Of a DNA stretch of 32,000 nt, positions 30,782-32,000 are shown piece by piece. The position numbers were made by a program, and so were the translations under genes. Under the pieces are notes generated by a model. It had not been told where the DNA came from, did no database searches, and saw only the letters and a program-made list of their open reading frames with translations. The number at the start of each line of letters is the position of its first letter. The first letter of the stretch is position 1. The stretch covers positions 540,001-572,000 of the forward strand of contig CBDCNV010000001.1 of assembly GCA_965219535.1 (NCBI GenBank), in the 5' to 3' direction. This DNA is from Opitutales bacterium (GTDB lineage Bacteria; Verrucomicrobiota; Verrucomicrobiia; Opitutales; PNEW01).

Positions 30782-32000
30782 TTATAAAATCTTGATCGTT
30801 ACCTTATCGAGTGTTGGAAAGCGGTCGCCATTATCGGATATGAATATCGCTTTATACTGAAAGTAACGATCTGTTTCCTTGAGTTTTAATTCTCCCGTTT
30901 CAACTGATTGCCAGGGATTTTCTTTTAAATTATCTTTGTCCGCTCCGGAACGGATAACAAATTTTAATTGGGTCCCTTCCGGTATAGCTGCGGCGAAACT
31001 CAGTGAGCCCTTCGTTGCACTTTCTTCATAACTGAAGATTGAAGATTTATAGATCTGCTGCCAGGAACGGTCGTAAATATGACCCATGTCCGCATTATAC
31101 ATCCAGTGCGGGCCATGTGTTGGAACCGTATCAATATGCGGTTTTGCAAATCGATTACCGTCATTCAGAAATATCTTCGATACCGTATTGTGGTTGCCGT
31201 CTATGGTGTGATTGGCGACCATCAGGTCGAGCAATCCATCTTTATTGAAATCGGCAGCTAAGCCATCAGCGCCTGAATCATTAAAGAGATGGGATCGCCC
31301 TCGCTTACTGAACCCATTCGCACTTCCCCAGAATAAGTAACACGGCTGCTCTTCACGCGATATATCTCCATGATAGAAGGGAAAAAACAGGTCGAGAAAT
31401 CCATCGCTATCCCAGTCGGCGATAACGGGCCCGAGGGGTGTAAACCCGGGAAGCCATTGACTGTTCCATTCCTTGAAGCCCTTCGGACCACCCCAAAAAA
31501 TGAGTGATCCAACGTCATTGTGGATATTTACAAAATCTCGATAACAGCAGGCAACGATATCGAGCCATCCATCAGCATTGAGATCAGCGGTCTCGAGATC
31601 TGAGACTGCGGGGGCATCGAGATTCACGGAGCGTGAAACAGAGAAACCCTTATCGCTCCCATAAAATATCCTTACTCCGACTTTCTTATAAGAATTGGCG
31701 GCGATATCGAGCCATCCATCTTTGTCGTAGTCGGCAAGTTGAATACTGAGTGCACGTCCATAAGCGGGGAAAGTGACACGTCTACTGCGATCAAAGCCGT
31801 CTTTTGCGCCATAATAAATAATGACATAAGATTCATAGTCATCTCTATTTTTTTCATACTGCCCTAAAACCAAATCGAGATATCCGTCTTTATTTATATC
31901 GGCGATCGTGCTCGAAGCTAAATTGACTTCAGACAATACCGTTCTATTTACAATATCAATACCGTCAGAACTGCCCCAGAAGATATTAACACCCCCCCAG
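30782..32000 (-). CDS. FG-GAP/VCBS repeat protein (5' end outside the window)
   Basis: Repeated D.(N/D).DG(W/Y/F/L)LD(L/I) motifs with ..(F/Y)(W/Y)G..(K/D/N)GF spacers. The frame stays open to base 32000 (…WGGVNIFWGSSDGIDIVNRTV…), so the TTG at 31936 is not the true start. Confidence 0.8.
   Translation of the reverse strand, partial: WGGVNIFWGSSDGIDIVNRTVLSEVNLASSTIADINKDGYLDLVLGQYEKNRDDYESYVIIYYGAKDGFDRSRRVTFPAYGRALSIQLADYDKDGWLDIAANSYKKVGVRIFYGSDKGFSVSRSVNLDAPAVSDLETADLNADGWLDIVACCYRDFVNIHNDVGSLIFWGGPKGFKEWNSQWLPGFTPLGPVIADWDSDGFLDLFFPFYHGDISREEQPCYLFWGSANGFSKRGRSHLFNDSGADGLAADFNKDGLLDLMVANHTIDGNHNTVSKIFLNDGNRFAKPHIDTVPTHGPHWMYNADMGHIYDRSWQQIYKSSIFSYEESATKGSLSFAAAIPEGTQLKFVIRSGADKDNLKENPWQSVETGELKLKETDRYFQYKAIFISDNGDRFPTLDKVTIKIL

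Overview
The window looks like a Verrucomicrobiota-type chromosome segment; that taxonomic call is an inference from gene content and was not checked by any search.

Bases 1 to about 9,700 are AT-rich and core-like. They hold the 3' end of tatC, an MFS transporter, a DHDPS-family aldolase and a cupin. A five-gene envelope operon (3506-9715) follows. Its gene order matches the Akkermansia Amuc_1102->Amuc_1098 pilus-like locus as I recall it: secreted protein, PilM-like protein fused to a TM/coiled-coil tail, Amuc_1100-like protein, a gene split by a frameshift in a T7 run, and a secretin. The window contains no pilin, prepilin peptidase or PilB/PilT ATPase.

From about 9.8 kb to at least 28.5 kb the sequence is a mosaic accessory region of about 20 unrelated genes:
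- small cassette-type genes: SAM methyltransferase, GNAT, two VOC/glyoxalase proteins, cupins, small membrane proteins and hypotheticals
- large, visibly GC-rich carbohydrate-active genes: GH105/88-like, BNR/sialidase-like, TIM-barrel GH-like and a sulfatase

Two kinds of element separate these genes:
- Six short hairpin sites with integron attC architecture. Each has RYYYAAC...GTTRRRY boxes and two bulged bases 6 bp apart, always on the same strand. All six are co-oriented with the minus-strand ORFs.
- Several families of MITE-like palindromic repeats, including three nearly identical copies of about 265 bp.

I found no integrase, no intact transposase (only a relic of about 57 codons with a helix-turn-helix), no tRNA, no rRNA and no CRISPR array. 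The right end carries a PhyH-family dioxygenase, phnX and a truncated FG-GAP/VCBS repeat protein.

The most interesting signal is the attC-type cassette array without an integrase in the window, interleaved with the GGGGTCA palindromic repeat superfamily.
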